Notes: generated by a model from the letters alone, not told the origin. A stretch of DNA of 49,389 bases from Minisyncoccota bacterium (GCA_028695015.1 JAQVJR010000002.1:66706-116094), one strand, 5' to 3'; shown: positions 8,700 to 19,572, counted from the first letter of the stretch. Translations and numbers: made by a program.

Positions 8700-9791
8700 T
8701 TATAATTCTTCACTAATACCTAATTCAAAAGGCAAAGTGGGAATAGGTGTTCTTCTTAATTGAGTTTGTATCTCAATAAACCTTTTAAGTAATTTCTCTA
8801 AAAATGGTGTATCAAAGAGTTCAGCTTGTTTAAATAAAATTGTCATTTCATCACTAGTTGCCTCTTTTTCTAAAATCTTACCTAAAGAAGGAGAAATTTT
8901 CAATAAAAGAATTTTTCTTAAATAATTTAAAACTTCCCTGTTAAACACTTCCAAATCATAACCTTCATCAAAAACATTATTAATAAACTCTAAGGCTTTT
9001 TCTTTGTCTTTTTTACCAAGAAAAACAATAAACCTTCTTATTCTTTCAAAGTTTATAGCCCCAATCAAATTTTCTACTGACTTTTTAGTAATATTTTGAT
9101 TAGTAATCAAGGAAATCTGACCTAATAATGATTGAGCATCTCGCAAACCACCTTCTGAATACAAAGCAATTAACCTTAAAGCTTCTTCTTCAAACTTTAT
9201 ATCTTCTTGCTTACAAATAGATTTCAAACAACTAATAATATCATCTAAATTCAATTTTTTAAAATCATAACGCTCTACCCTAGAAAGAATAGTTGCTGGT
9301 AATTTATCAGGCTCTGTGGTTGCAAAAATAAAGACAACATATGAGGGCGGTTCCTCTAGAGTCTTCAACAAAGCATCAAAAGCATCTTTTGTCATCTGAT
9401 GAGCTTCATCAATGATAAAAATCTTGTATTTGGAACTTACAGGTGGGAATTTAATATTCTCTCTTAAAGAACGAGCATCATCTACCCTGCCACTAGAAGC
9501 AGCATCAATTTCAATTAAATCCAAAGCATTTCCCAAATTAATAGCTTTACAAGAATCACACTGGTTGCAAGGTTCAAATTGATTAGATTTTCGATTTTGG
9601 CAATTTAATGCCTTAGCTAATAAACGAGCCACTGTTGTTTTACCAGTGCCTCTTAAACCAGAAAAAAGATAAGCATGCGAAATTTGACCATGTATAAGGG
9701 CATTGGCCAAAGGCTTAATAACATTTTTTTGATTAATTACTTGGGCAAATGTTTGTGGTCGATATTTTCTGTAAAAAACTAATTGAGACAT
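8700..9791 (-). CDS. dnaX: DNA polymerase III subunit gamma/tau (short form)
   Basis: YRKYRPQTF, Walker A GLRGTGKT, C-x-x-C zinc site, DEAH, LLKTLEEPP, GGLRDA. Confidence 0.95.
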   Translation of the reverse strand: MSQLVFYRKYRPQTFAQVINQKNVIKPLANALIHGQISHAYLFSGLRGTGKTTVARLLAKALNCQNRKSNQFEPCNQCDSCKAINLGNALDLIEIDAASSGRVDDARSLRENIKFPPVSSKYKIFIIDEAHQMTKDAFDALLKTLEEPPSYVVFIFATTEPDKLPATILSRVERYDFKKLNLDDIISCLKSICKQEDIKFEEEALRLIALYSEGGLRDAQSLLGQISLITNQNITKKSVENLIGAINFERIRRFIVFLGKKDKEKALEFINNVFDEGYDLEVFNREVLNYLRKILLLKISPSLGKILEKEATSDEMTILFKQAELFDTPFLEKLLKRFIEIQTQLRRTPIPTLPFELGISEEL

Positions 9792-9804
9792 AATAAGATA
9801 AGAT

Positions 9805-9813
9805 ATTATAGCA
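9805..9813 (-). promoter_or_regulatory. Extended -10 promoter (TGnTATAAT) for dnaX
   Basis: TGCTATAAT ending 13 nt before the dnaX ATG. Confidence 0.6.
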
Positions 9814-9836
9814 AAAATAAGAATGATTATAAAGGC

Positions 9837-10244
9837 TTAAAAAACAAAGCGTTTATAACCAAAAAAATTAATTAAAGTAGTTAATCCTGTAGCCACTAAG
9901 GCACTAATATTAGCCCAAAGAACAGGAGAAATATTGCCTAAGGGACTAATAAAGTTATTGAATATAGAAAAAAACATAACATTAATTCCAAAAGCAATTA
10001 AACTAATAGTGATAAATCTTATAAATTCTTTTTTTTCAAAATCCCTGCCTTTATTAAAAGTCCATAATTTATTCAAAAAGTAACTATTAGTCACCGCTAC
10101 CATAAAAGAAATTGCTTTAAAAAAAGAACAAATAATACCAGTATTAACTCCTGTGATAAACATTAATAAATTTAAAATACCAAAGTCAATCCCAGTATTT
10201 AATAATCCAACACAAATAAATTTAATAAATTGAAAAGAAAACAC
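9837..10244 (-). CDS. GtrA family membrane protein
   Basis: QFIKFICVG...DF..., NSYFLNKLWTF and NFFGYKRFVF pattern; four TM helices. Confidence 0.85.
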   Translation of the reverse strand: MFSFQFIKFICVGLLNTGIDFGILNLLMFITGVNTGIICSFFKAISFMVAVTNSYFLNKLWTFNKGRDFEKKEFIRFITISLIAFGINVMFFSIFNNFISPLGNISPVLWANISALVATGLTTLINFFGYKRFVF

Positions 10245-10253
10245 AAGAATAGA

Positions 10254-12617
10254 TTAATAAGTTTTTCTTAATTCTTCTTCAACTTCAGCTCGAGGCCGAG
10301 TGTATTTAGAAACACTTAATTGCTTTAAAGATTCAATTCTTTCCTGATCACTTTCAGGTGGTTTATGAATTTTAATATTAAAAGCTCGTGAAGGCTGTCC
10401 TTGAATAGTTAATTTAGTATAGGCATTAAAATTATCCAAATTAATCAAATCATAAGCATTAAAAACTGGTGCAAAGTATTTTTCCAAAAACTCAGCATCT
10501 TCATTACCAACTCTAAATGAAATCAAAGTGCCCACATTGCCAAAAACTGATTTTATAATTGGTTCTTTTAATTGAGCTAAGAACTGATTTGTCACTACCA
10601 AATTAAGGCGATATTTTCTAGCCTCTGAGAATATTGTAGCAATGCTATCAGTAGTAATATTTTGAAATTCATCTATATACAGATAAAAATCTTTTCTTTG
10701 TTCTTCTGGAATATCTACCCTAGAAAAAGCAGCCATTGTTAATTTACCTACAATAAGCATACCTAAAAGATAACTGTTAATATCTCCTAATAATCCTTTG
10801 GATAAATTAATAATTAAGATTTTTCCCTCATCCATTACCTTTCTAAAATCTATAGCTGATTTTTTCTGACTAATAATCGGTCTTACTAAATCATTAGCTA
10901 AAAATGGATTAAGTTTAGAATTAACATATGGAGCAACATTTGCTAAGGCCAAATCCCCTCCTGCTTTCTCAGCTTCTTTTTCCCAAAACTCCCTTACCAT
11001 TGGATTAGGGGTTTTTTCCAATAATTTCTTACGAAAGTCTACATTAATTAAAATACGTGGTAAATCATTTAAGGTATGTATTTCTTCAGGATCATCTAAG
11101 AGCAACAACAAAGCATTACGGAAATATTGTTCAAAAACAGGACCACCAACTTGTTTTAAATCATAAAGCTTATCCAGAATCTCCAAAAGTTCATCAATAA
11201 CAAAAGTTTTTTGAAAAGGATATTGTTCATCCTTTTCTAACATATTCAAACCAAATGAATTATGAAAATCTCCAGGATTAAAATAAATAAGATCTTTAGC
11301 TCTTGATTCAGGTACTAAACCTACTAAATATTCTGCTGTATCTCCATGAGGGTCAATATAGCAAACACCTTTACCTTCCTTCATATCTTGAATAAATAAA
11401 TTCCTCATTAAAGAAGTCTTTCCAGTGCCTGTTTGACCAATAATATAAAGATGACGCCGCCTATCATCATCTAAAATCCTTACTTCTTTTTCTTCTCTTT
11501 GAAAAACATTAACCCCTAAACTAACCCCTTGTTGAGGTAAATTCAAAGGCGCAGCTGCACTACGAGCTTTTAACCATTTTATACTAGCATTATCCAAAAA
11601 AGGATGAGGAAAATGAAAAATACTAGCTATTTCTGCTGTATTCAAAAGCATTGCATTTTGTTTTCTAAAAATCCTAAAAGAAAAATCATATACTAATCTT
11701 TTTAAGCCTGATTTTGATTTAACATTAGAACAAGTAAAACTATTACCTAGAGAACGAGCAAAAGGACTAAAAGAAGCTTCTAAATGTGATAATAGCTCCT
11801 CTGCTCTTGGTTTAGTTAAGGCTGAAGTTAATATTCGAGCATTTAAATAAAAAAGAGGAAATTTTGATTTTTCATCTATTAATTTAATCAAATTTTCATC
11901 AATGATCTTTGGTTTTAATTCCTCTTCTGGTTTTTTCTCAGGCTCTCTTGTAAACATTGATGACAAAGGAGAAGCCAAGGCTTGTTTTAAATCCTTACCT
12001 TCCATTAAAGCCTTTTTAATTCCTGCAAGCTCTTTTATCTTATTAGTGGTATCTGGCTTAATAACAATTTGAAAAGCCGCTCCTTCTTCTTGTCGTGATA
12101 ATTTAGAAAAAGCATTAACAATGCTTGTTAAAGGATCTTGGCTAAAAAGGTCAAAAGTTTTCAAAGGCAAAACAAATGATTCTTTCAAATTAAGAGTAGA
12201 TCCAGCAATCTCTCCCTGGGGCAAGAAAATAGTATAGTCATTTACTAATTCTATACTGGCATAAGGAAATGAAGCTGAAAGGATTTTTTCAAAAAACTGA
12301 ATATCTTTTTTAGGACAAGCTGCGTAAAAACAAATCTCTGAAGAATCACTAGAAATTGCTATTTCAAAAACAATTTCTTTATTGTATTTACCTAAATTCT
12401 CCAAAGTCTGTATAAAAAGAGAAATAAAATCAGCAAAAACAGTTTGTTTTTCCTGACTAGAGCTCTTGCTTCCAGGATAAAAATCCCTGGGAATGGTTAT
12501 TAAAAATAATTGATAAGCTAAACTTGTTTTAATTTCCAAATTAAAAGATTTCTTTTTTAAAAGAAAAAATAAAACAGAAATAACAACAATCAATAAAATT
12601 CCTGGGAAGATATACAT
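10254..12617 (-). CDS. VirD4/TraD/HerA-like P-loop ATPase (type IV secretion DNA-binding-domain protein)
   Basis: N-terminal TM; HLYIIGQTGTGKT Walker A; IDPHGD; LYIDEFQ Walker B; SEARKY; NQFLAQL; FRVGNEDA. Confidence 0.8.
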   Translation of the reverse strand: MYIFPGILLIVVISVLFFLLKKKSFNLEIKTSLAYQLFLITIPRDFYPGSKSSSQEKQTVFADFISLFIQTLENLGKYNKEIVFEIAISSDSSEICFYAACPKKDIQFFEKILSASFPYASIELVNDYTIFLPQGEIAGSTLNLKESFVLPLKTFDLFSQDPLTSIVNAFSKLSRQEEGAAFQIVIKPDTTNKIKELAGIKKALMEGKDLKQALASPLSSMFTREPEKKPEEELKPKIIDENLIKLIDEKSKFPLFYLNARILTSALTKPRAEELLSHLEASFSPFARSLGNSFTCSNVKSKSGLKRLVYDFSFRIFRKQNAMLLNTAEIASIFHFPHPFLDNASIKWLKARSAAAPLNLPQQGVSLGVNVFQREEKEVRILDDDRRRHLYIIGQTGTGKTSLMRNLFIQDMKEGKGVCYIDPHGDTAEYLVGLVPESRAKDLIYFNPGDFHNSFGLNMLEKDEQYPFQKTFVIDELLEILDKLYDLKQVGGPVFEQYFRNALLLLLDDPEEIHTLNDLPRILINVDFRKKLLEKTPNPMVREFWEKEAEKAGGDLALANVAPYVNSKLNPFLANDLVRPIISQKKSAIDFRKVMDEGKILIINLSKGLLGDINSYLLGMLIVGKLTMAAFSRVDIPEEQRKDFYLYIDEFQNITTDSIATIFSEARKYRLNLVVTNQFLAQLKEPIIKSVFGNVGTLISFRVGNEDAEFLEKYFAPVFNAYDLINLDNFNAYTKLTIQGQPSRAFNIKIHKPPESDQERIESLKQLSVSKYTRPRAEVEEELRKTY

Positions 12618-12621
12618 TCTC

Positions 12622-13035
12622 TTAAATTAATTTTTTCTCTTTTAATTCTTGATAATACTTATCAGCTAAAGTATCTCTGAGTTTATCTATTAAAAAAGCA
12701 TTTCCTGTTTTCAGAGCGGTTTTTACTGCTTGAGGAATATTTTCTTCAAAAGCCATGGTCACTAACTCAGAAAGCTTGATCTGAGCTTCTTCAATAATAT
12801 CTTTTTCCGCTATTGTATTTTCTGCATAAAGCTCTGCTGGAAAAGGCATTTTCTTTTCTTCTGACTGAGAAAAATCCATATCTGGAAGAAAATCTTCTAA
12901 AGATTCATCCATTTTTTCCTTAATTGTTTCCTTTACTAATTCTTTTTCTTCAGGTATTTCAATCTTTTCTCGAGCCATTTGCTCTTTTTTCATCCTTATT
13001 CGGTTGCTAATAAGATTTAATTCTTCATTAATCAT
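12622..13035 (-). CDS. Hypothetical protein, charged and helical
   Basis: 137-aa ORF, co-oriented and tightly packed, with its own TGnTATACT element upstream. Confidence 0.7.
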   Translation of the reverse strand: MINEELNLISNRIRMKKEQMAREKIEIPEEKELVKETIKEKMDESLEDFLPDMDFSQSEEKKMPFPAELYAENTIAEKDIIEEAQIKLSELVTMAFEENIPQAVKTALKTGNAFLIDKLRDTLADKYYQELKEKKLI

Positions 13036-13087
13036 AATCTCTTAAGCTTATTTTCTCCTTATAGTATAGCAAAGTTTTCTTAAGATT

Positions 13088-13942
13088 TCATTGCTTAAGT
13101 CTATAATAGACCTTTGAGGGATAATATTTGCAATCTATATATTCTAAACGAATAAAATTATCTTTTAATGTTTCTTTTTTTAATTCACTAATTACTCTAA
13201 GCATTTGCTTAAAATCATTATTAATATTATAAGAGATATAAAAACCTTCTTGAGTAATAATTTTTATCTCAGAAAAACTTTCATCTTTAATTTCTAAATA
13301 ATCAATGGAAAAAGGAATATCTTCCTGATCAGAAAGAGCAAAAGCCTGCTCTAATTTTAATAAGCTTTCTGGATTAATAACTTGAGTGCCTAAGAATCTT
13401 TTCTTGGTTTCTAAAATCACTATCTTATCAAAAAAAGAACTTGAGGTTTCTAGTGCTTTTTCAAAAATAATACCGTTTTTATCTAAATAATAACATTCTT
13501 CTTCATCTCCAGAAAAAACCGAGCTTTTTTCAAGACACCATAAAAAATCAATTTCTCTTTGTTTAATTTTTAAAACTAAGTATCCAGTTTTCCAATTTAA
13601 ATCTGTTTCTATATTCTCTAGCTTTGAATTATTTTTAAGAATTGATTTTTTCAAATCAGAATAATAAAAACTAAACATACTTTTATTATTCCCTAGGTTT
13701 TTAGGGAAAAAAGCATAAACCCAAAAAGGCGCAAATCGAGTATTATTTTGCTGAAGATATAAATCAACCCATAAAGAAAAAGATGGGTGGTAGCTTTCAA
13801 TTGATATGGTATTAATTTGAAAAAAAGGAGAAACAAAAACAAACCAATAGCTAAAAATTATTACAAAAAGTATAAAAAAAATTGAAATAAATAGCTGAAG
13901 TCTAAGCCAAAAAACCCTTAAAGGGTTACGCGTTCTCCTCAT
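13088..13942 (-). CDS. ftsQ: FtsQ/DivIB-like cell division protein
   Basis: Single N-terminal TM, FFQINTISI POTRA-like start, IKIKQRE, YYLDKNG, and C-terminal EYIDCKY...KVYYR. Confidence 0.65.
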   Translation of the reverse strand: MRRTRNPLRVFWLRLQLFISIFFILFVIIFSYWFVFVSPFFQINTISIESYHPSFSLWVDLYLQQNNTRFAPFWVYAFFPKNLGNNKSMFSFYYSDLKKSILKNNSKLENIETDLNWKTGYLVLKIKQREIDFLWCLEKSSVFSGDEEECYYLDKNGIIFEKALETSSSFFDKIVILETKKRFLGTQVINPESLLKLEQAFALSDQEDIPFSIDYLEIKDESFSEIKIITQEGFYISYNINNDFKQMLRVISELKKETLKDNFIRLEYIDCKYYPSKVYYRLKQ

Positions 13943-13954
13943 AAAATTTTATTC

Positions 13955-15226
13955 CTAAGAAAATATTTTAATACCATTAGCATAACGCCAAAGAGCACGA
14001 GGCACTCTAATCTTCCCATCTTTTGTCTGGTAATTTTCCATAATGGCTAAAATCCCCCTGCCTAAGGCCAAGGCAGTGCCATTTAAAGTATGTACTAATT
14101 CATTTTTCCCTGTTTCCTTATCCTGATATTTAATATTCAAACGCCTTGACTGAAAATCACTGCAATTAGAAGTAGAATGAGTTTCTCGATATTCCCCTGC
14201 TCCATTATTCTGGCCAGGCAACCAAGCCTCAATGTCATATTTAGAAACTGCTGGATCACCTAAATCACCGGTACAGATATTTAAAACCCGATAAGGAATT
14301 TTTAAATCTTTCATTATCTCTTCTTCCATTGAGAGCAATAACTGATGTTCTTTTAAAGAATCTTCTGGCTTACAAAAAGTAAACATTTCTATCTTATCAA
14401 ATTGATGAACACGCAAAATCCCTTTAGTATCTTTTCCATAAGAGCCAGCCTCCCTTCTAAAACAAGAAGAAAAAGAAACATAACGAAGAGGCAAATCTTC
14501 TTCTTTAAAAACTTCATTCATGTGCATTGGTCCTATCATTTGTTCTGAAGTGCCAACTAAATATAAATCATCTTTGGGTAAATAATAAACCTCTTCAGCT
14601 CCTTTATCTAAATACCCCATGCCCCAAAAAGGTTTAGGTTTTATCAAAACTGGTGGTATTAAAGGAATAAACCCTTTCTTAATTAATTTATCAAAGATAA
14701 ACCCAATCAAAGCAATTTCTAATATTGCTGCCCCTCTTTTTAAAATACCAAAACGAGAACCAGATATCTTTGAAGCTCTTTTAATATCTATCATATCTAA
14801 TTGTTCTCCTAAAACAAGATAATCTTTAGGAGCAAAACTAAACTTAGGTTTTTGACCTACTTCTTTAATAACCACATTGTCTTTTTCATCTTTTCCAAAA
14901 GGAATATCATCTAAAGGTGGATTGGGAATAGAGCTCATTAATCCTTGAAACTCTTCCTCCATTGCCTTTAATTCTTTCTCTTTAGCAGAAAGAAAGTCCT
15001 TAGCTTCTTTTAAAATTTGAATTATCTTTTCCTTGTCCTTTTCTTCTATTAATTTTTTTTCTGTGGCATTTTTTTTAGCCCTGATAGTTTCTATCTCTTG
15101 TAATAAACTTCTTTTTTGTTTATCTAATTCTAAGACTTTATCTATTAAAACAGGGTCTGTGCCTTTTTTTTCAATGCCTTGTTTAATTTTATCTGGTTGT
15201 TCTCTAATGAGTTTAATATCTAACAT
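13955..15226 (-). CDS. serS: Serine--tRNA ligase
   Basis: MLDIKLIRE, N-terminal coiled coil, GTSEQ, FRREAG, RVHQFDKIE, HTLNGT. Confidence 0.97.
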   Translation of the reverse strand: MLDIKLIREQPDKIKQGIEKKGTDPVLIDKVLELDKQKRSLLQEIETIRAKKNATEKKLIEEKDKEKIIQILKEAKDFLSAKEKELKAMEEEFQGLMSSIPNPPLDDIPFGKDEKDNVVIKEVGQKPKFSFAPKDYLVLGEQLDMIDIKRASKISGSRFGILKRGAAILEIALIGFIFDKLIKKGFIPLIPPVLIKPKPFWGMGYLDKGAEEVYYLPKDDLYLVGTSEQMIGPMHMNEVFKEEDLPLRYVSFSSCFRREAGSYGKDTKGILRVHQFDKIEMFTFCKPEDSLKEHQLLLSMEEEIMKDLKIPYRVLNICTGDLGDPAVSKYDIEAWLPGQNNGAGEYRETHSTSNCSDFQSRRLNIKYQDKETGKNELVHTLNGTALALGRGILAIMENYQTKDGKIRVPRALWRYANGIKIFS

Positions 15227-15239
15227 GGTAACAATTTAA

Positions 15240-16682
15240 TTATTTTTTAGGTTTCATAAAAGGAAAGAAAATAACTTCCTTTAAGGATGGGGCTTTAGTA
15301 AAGACGGTTATTAATCTATCTATGCCAATGCCTAATCCAGCAGTTGGTGGTAAGCCATATTCTAAAGCTTCAATATAATCAATATCTAAAGGATGGGCTT
15401 CTGAATCTCCTTTTTTTCTCATTTTTACCTGGTCTAAAAATCTTTCTTTTTGATCTTGAGGATCATTTAATTCAGAAAAACCATTAATTAATTCTGAACC
15501 AGCAGCAATTAATTGAAAACGTGATGTTTTTTCTTTATCATCTTGTTTTTTCTTAGCTAAAGGTGAAATAGCTGTTGGATGGTCAATGATAAAAGTCGGG
15601 GTTATTACTTTATATCTTAATTTTTTAAAAATCGATTCAGCTATCTTTTCCTTTGAATCATTTTTATTAATCTTAATTTTCATTGATTTAGCTTTTTTCA
15701 ACCATTGCTCTTTAGTATTTTTAAAATTCAATTTGATTTCTTTTTCTAAAAAGTCTTCATAACCAATCTTAGGCCATGTTTTTGTTAAAAATATTTTACT
15801 CTCTGGGCATTCTTTTTTAAATTGCTTGGCTAAAGACTTAATTAATTCTTCAACCAAGCTCATTGCCTCTTCTCTGCTTTTATAAGCACTATAAAGCTCT
15901 AAAATTGTAAATTCTGGATTATGCTCTCTGTCCATGCCCTCATTGCGAAAACATTTTCCAATTTCATAAATATTTTCTAATCCACCAACTACTAAGCGCT
16001 TTAAATACAATTCTGGAGCTATTCTTAAATAAATCTTCATTTTTAAAGCTTCTAAGTAGCTGACAAAAGGATTAGCATTAGCCCCTCCATATAAAGGTTG
16101 TAAGATTGGGGTTTCTACTTCTAAAAAGTCTTTTTTATCTAAGAACTGCCTGATGGCCCAAATGATTTTACTTCTTAAAATGAATCTTTCTTTTACATTT
16201 TCATTTTCTATTAAATCAAGATAGCGACGACGAAAACGCTCTTCAGCATCTTCTAAGCCATACCAAGTTTTTGGTAAAGGCCTTAAGCTCTTAGATAATA
16301 TAATAAAATCTTTAACTAAAAGGGTTTTTTCTCCTTTTTTAGTAGTAAAAAGAATCCCATGAGTTTCTATAAAATCTCCTAAATCAAAAAAATCTTGGAA
16401 AAACTTTAATTTCTCTTCACCTAATTCATTTTTCTTAAATAATAACTGGATTTTATTATCTTGATCCATAATATCAGCAAAAACAGCTCCTCCATGCTCT
16501 CTAATACTTAAAATCCTTCCAGCTAAAACAATTTTCTTTTTGCTTTTAGACCAAGAAGAAAAATTATCTAAAGCCTGACTAATAGAAAATTGACGCTTGG
16601 TTTTTTCTGGATAAGCATCAATACCTAGTTTTTCTAGTTTTTTAAGTTTCTTAATCCGTTCTTTTATTATTTCATTTAACAT
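15240..16682 (-). CDS. lysS: Lysine--tRNA ligase (class II)
   Basis: OB fold, RFRRRYLDL, YLRIAPELYLKRL, FRNEG, HNPEFT, YGLPPTAGLGIGIDRL. Confidence 0.97.
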   Translation of the reverse strand: MLNEIIKERIKKLKKLEKLGIDAYPEKTKRQFSISQALDNFSSWSKSKKKIVLAGRILSIREHGGAVFADIMDQDNKIQLLFKKNELGEEKLKFFQDFFDLGDFIETHGILFTTKKGEKTLLVKDFIILSKSLRPLPKTWYGLEDAEERFRRRYLDLIENENVKERFILRSKIIWAIRQFLDKKDFLEVETPILQPLYGGANANPFVSYLEALKMKIYLRIAPELYLKRLVVGGLENIYEIGKCFRNEGMDREHNPEFTILELYSAYKSREEAMSLVEELIKSLAKQFKKECPESKIFLTKTWPKIGYEDFLEKEIKLNFKNTKEQWLKKAKSMKIKINKNDSKEKIAESIFKKLRYKVITPTFIIDHPTAISPLAKKKQDDKEKTSRFQLIAAGSELINGFSELNDPQDQKERFLDQVKMRKKGDSEAHPLDIDYIEALEYGLPPTAGLGIGIDRLITVFTKAPSLKEVIFFPFMKPKK

Positions 16683-16701
16683 AATAAAAACTTAACAAAA
16701 A

Positions 16702-17187
16702 TTATAAAATCTTTATTATCTTGTATTTTACCACACCTTTGGGTGTTTTGACAAAAACTACCTCTCCTTTTTTATGCCCTAAGAAAGCTTTGCCAAAGGG
16801 AGATTCATTAGAAACTCTACCTTCTGAAGGATTAGCTTCTTGAGAACCAACAATCGTAAAAGTTTTTTTTGTTTTTGGTTTATCAACACTTTCAGTTTCA
16901 ATCTTAGAGCCAATAACTACTTTATGATTATTAAAAGGAGAAGGTCGAATAATAGCAACATTTCTTAATAATATCTCTAATTCTAAAATTCTAGATTCTA
17001 AAACTTCTTGCGAGCTTTTAGCTTCTTCATAAGCAGCATTTTCAGCTAAATCACCCAGTTCTTTAGTTTCTTGAAGTTTTTCAGCTATTTCTTTTCTTTT
17101 TTTAGTTTTTAATTCGTGTAATTCCTCTTTGAGAGACTTAAAAGCCTCTGGAGTAACATAATTTTTATCCATATTAATTAATTTCAT
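16702..17187 (-). CDS. greA: Transcription elongation factor GreA
   Basis: GDLAENAAYEEAK, IVGSQEANP, SNESPFGKAFLG. Confidence 0.95.
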   Translation of the reverse strand: MKLINMDKNYVTPEAFKSLKEELHELKTKKRKEIAEKLQETKELGDLAENAAYEEAKSSQEVLESRILELEILLRNVAIIRPSPFNNHKVVIGSKIETESVDKPKTKKTFTIVGSQEANPSEGRVSNESPFGKAFLGHKKGEVVFVKTPKGVVKYKIIKIL

Positions 17188-19090
17188 TTTGTTGATTAAT
17201 TCTGTTTTCCCAATACCATTGTAAGACCTCAGCTACTACTGGCAAAGTGGCCACTGTTGTTGAGGGTGGGTTTTCTATAAAGACCAGTATTGTTATTTGC
17301 GGATCTTCATAAGGAGCATAGGCGCCAAAAATCGTATGATAGGTTTCTTCGCCTTTGACATAAACTTTAGGTGAGCCACTCTTTCCAGCAATATCAAAAG
17401 GTAAATATTTTAAAGTTTCTGCTGTACCTGATAAAACTACTTCTCTCATTCCTTCTTGAACAATTTTTAAATTATCCAGATTAACTCCTAAGTTTAATTT
17501 CTCTTCTGGTTTTTCACTCTTTAAAAGATGAGGCTGCATTAAAATCCCATCATTAGCAATTGTAGCTATATAACCAGCCATTTGGAACGGTGTCAAGACT
17601 AATCCCCCTTCCCCAATAGAAACATTATATGTATCTCCTAATTTCCAACTTGGATCATTGGGCCGATTTTCTGCTAGCCATTTAGCATCAGGTAAAACAG
17701 CATTAACTTCTCCTAATAAATCAATGCCTAATTTTTTATCAAGACCAAAAGCTAGCCAATATTTTTGAATTTTTTCCAAACCTAAGCCTGTAATATTTTC
17801 CCAGCCACCACCAATAGCCCAAAAATACACATTACAAGAAACCGCAATTGCCTTTCTCATATCGACCCAACCATGATTTCTCCAATCTCTAAAAACCCAT
17901 TTTTCTTGAGGATTATAAGGACTAACAATAACTATCTCGCCTTGAGTATGTAACTCAAGCTCTGGGTCTATTATTTCTTCTTCTAAGCCAGCAATAGCCA
18001 TTAATAATTTAATTAAAGAACCAGGAGGATATAGTCCGCTGATAGCTCTATTGAAAAGCGGAATTGAGGGACTTTGAAAATATTCATTTATTAAATCAAC
18101 TGGCGCTCCTTGGGTCAAAACATTAGGATCAAAACTAGGAACACTGATTAATGATAATATTTCTCCTGTTTTTGAATCTAAGATAATACCAGCGCCACCA
18201 GGGCTGCCAACATCTTCTATTCTTGTTTTCAAAGAATCGTAAAAAGTTAATTGTAAATCTTTATCTAAAGTAGTAGTAATATCAGTGCCTTTTTTAGGCT
18301 CTATTGAACCTAAGTTTTTTTGAACATTTAAACTCGCGTCAACTTCAATAATCTTCTGGCCAGTTTTCCCTTGAAGAATATTTTCATAATAAGCCTCTAA
18401 ACCATCTTTACCAATCATGCTTGTTAAAGCATAGTTTTTATATTTTTCTAAATCTTTAGTTGAAATCTTACCTATATATCCTAAAACATGAGCAAAAGCC
18501 TCACCATAGGGATAATTACGACTATAATCAGCTACAATACTAAACCCAGAATTTTCTTTTACTTTTGTTTCAAAAACCCTAACCTCATCAACAGTCAAAT
18601 TTGATTTTATTAAGATTGGTTCTAGAGAATGACGATATTGACGACTTTGAAAGAGTGTTTCTACTTCATCTTTTTCTACTTGGAAAATTTCAATTATTGT
18701 TTGTATTAATATTTGCCTCTCTCTTTCATTATTAGGCATTTCTGAAGGCACCATCATTAAGCTATAAGAAGAGCTATTAAAAACCAATGGCTCTTGGAAA
18801 CGATCATAAATTATCCCCCGAGGTGCATTAACAATATAATGATAAGTACTATTATTCTTTGCTCTAAGCTGATAACTAGCACCTTGGATAACTTGAAGAT
18901 GAAAAGTCCGCAAAAAGATTGTCAAGAAAAGGATAAAACCAATACCTAAAATTCCTTTTACTAAAGAACGAGAGATAGGTGCTTCTAAGCTTTCTAGATT
19001 CTTCTCTCTAGCTTCCTTGGCCTTACGATCTAATAAAACCTCTTCAGGATCTAATAAATGTTTTTGTCTTTTAATATAATAATTTTTCAT
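17174..19090 (-). CDS. mrdA: Penicillin-binding protein 2
   Basis: APRGIIYDR, RNYP, YPPGSLIK (SxxK), SCN (SxN), KSG (KTG-like); adjacent to mreBCD. Confidence 0.92.
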   Translation of the reverse strand: MKNYYIKRQKHLLDPEEVLLDRKAKEAREKNLESLEAPISRSLVKGILGIGFILFLTIFLRTFHLQVIQGASYQLRAKNNSTYHYIVNAPRGIIYDRFQEPLVFNSSSYSLMMVPSEMPNNERERQILIQTIIEIFQVEKDEVETLFQSRQYRHSLEPILIKSNLTVDEVRVFETKVKENSGFSIVADYSRNYPYGEAFAHVLGYIGKISTKDLEKYKNYALTSMIGKDGLEAYYENILQGKTGQKIIEVDASLNVQKNLGSIEPKKGTDITTTLDKDLQLTFYDSLKTRIEDVGSPGGAGIILDSKTGEILSLISVPSFDPNVLTQGAPVDLINEYFQSPSIPLFNRAISGLYPPGSLIKLLMAIAGLEEEIIDPELELHTQGEIVIVSPYNPQEKWVFRDWRNHGWVDMRKAIAVSCNVYFWAIGGGWENITGLGLEKIQKYWLAFGLDKKLGIDLLGEVNAVLPDAKWLAENRPNDPSWKLGDTYNVSIGEGGLVLTPFQMAGYIATIANDGILMQPHLLKSEKPEEKLNLGVNLDNLKIVQEGMREVVLSGTAETLKYLPFDIAGKSGSPKVYVKGEETYHTIFGAYAPYEDPQITILVFIENPPSTTVATLPVVAEVLQWYWENRINQQNEIN

Positions 19091-19572
19091 TATTTAATTA
19101 AAACATTTTTAACTTTAGAAAATCTCTCAATAATGATATTTACAATTATATAACCAATAAGAGTTAAGACTGCTTGCTTTATAATAAGTAAGCTAAAAGT
19201 TATCTTTTGAAAAACTGAATTTATTATTAATAATCCTGAATAATAACTAATAATTATCAAACCACCCATAACTAATCTTGAAAAGAAATAGGATTTTTCA
19301 AAGAATCTTATCAAAATACAACCCAAAAGAAAACTGATAGCAAGAATGATTAGATGAGTTCCCCATATAAAACTTGAAAAAGAATCAAAGGCAACAGCAG
19401 TAAGAAAGATTAAAAAAGACAAATAATATGGAGAAAAGTTAAAAAACGTAAAAATCAAAAAAATCAAAACAAGATTTAAAAAAACAAAAGGCAAAACACT
19501 CATTCCAAAATGTATTTGTATAAAAACAATTACTAAAAAACACAAAAAGTTAAATATGTACTGTTGCATCAT
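19090..19572 (-). CDS. mreD: Rod shape-determining protein MreD-like
   Basis: Polytopic membrane protein between mreC and mrdA; FDSFSS..WG pattern. Confidence 0.7.
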   Translation of the reverse strand: MMQQYIFNFLCFLVIVFIQIHFGMSVLPFVFLNLVLIFLIFTFFNFSPYYLSFLIFLTAVAFDSFSSFIWGTHLIILAISFLLGCILIRFFEKSYFFSRLVMGGLIIISYYSGLLIINSVFQKITFSLLIIKQAVLTLIGYIIVNIIIERFSKVKNVLIK

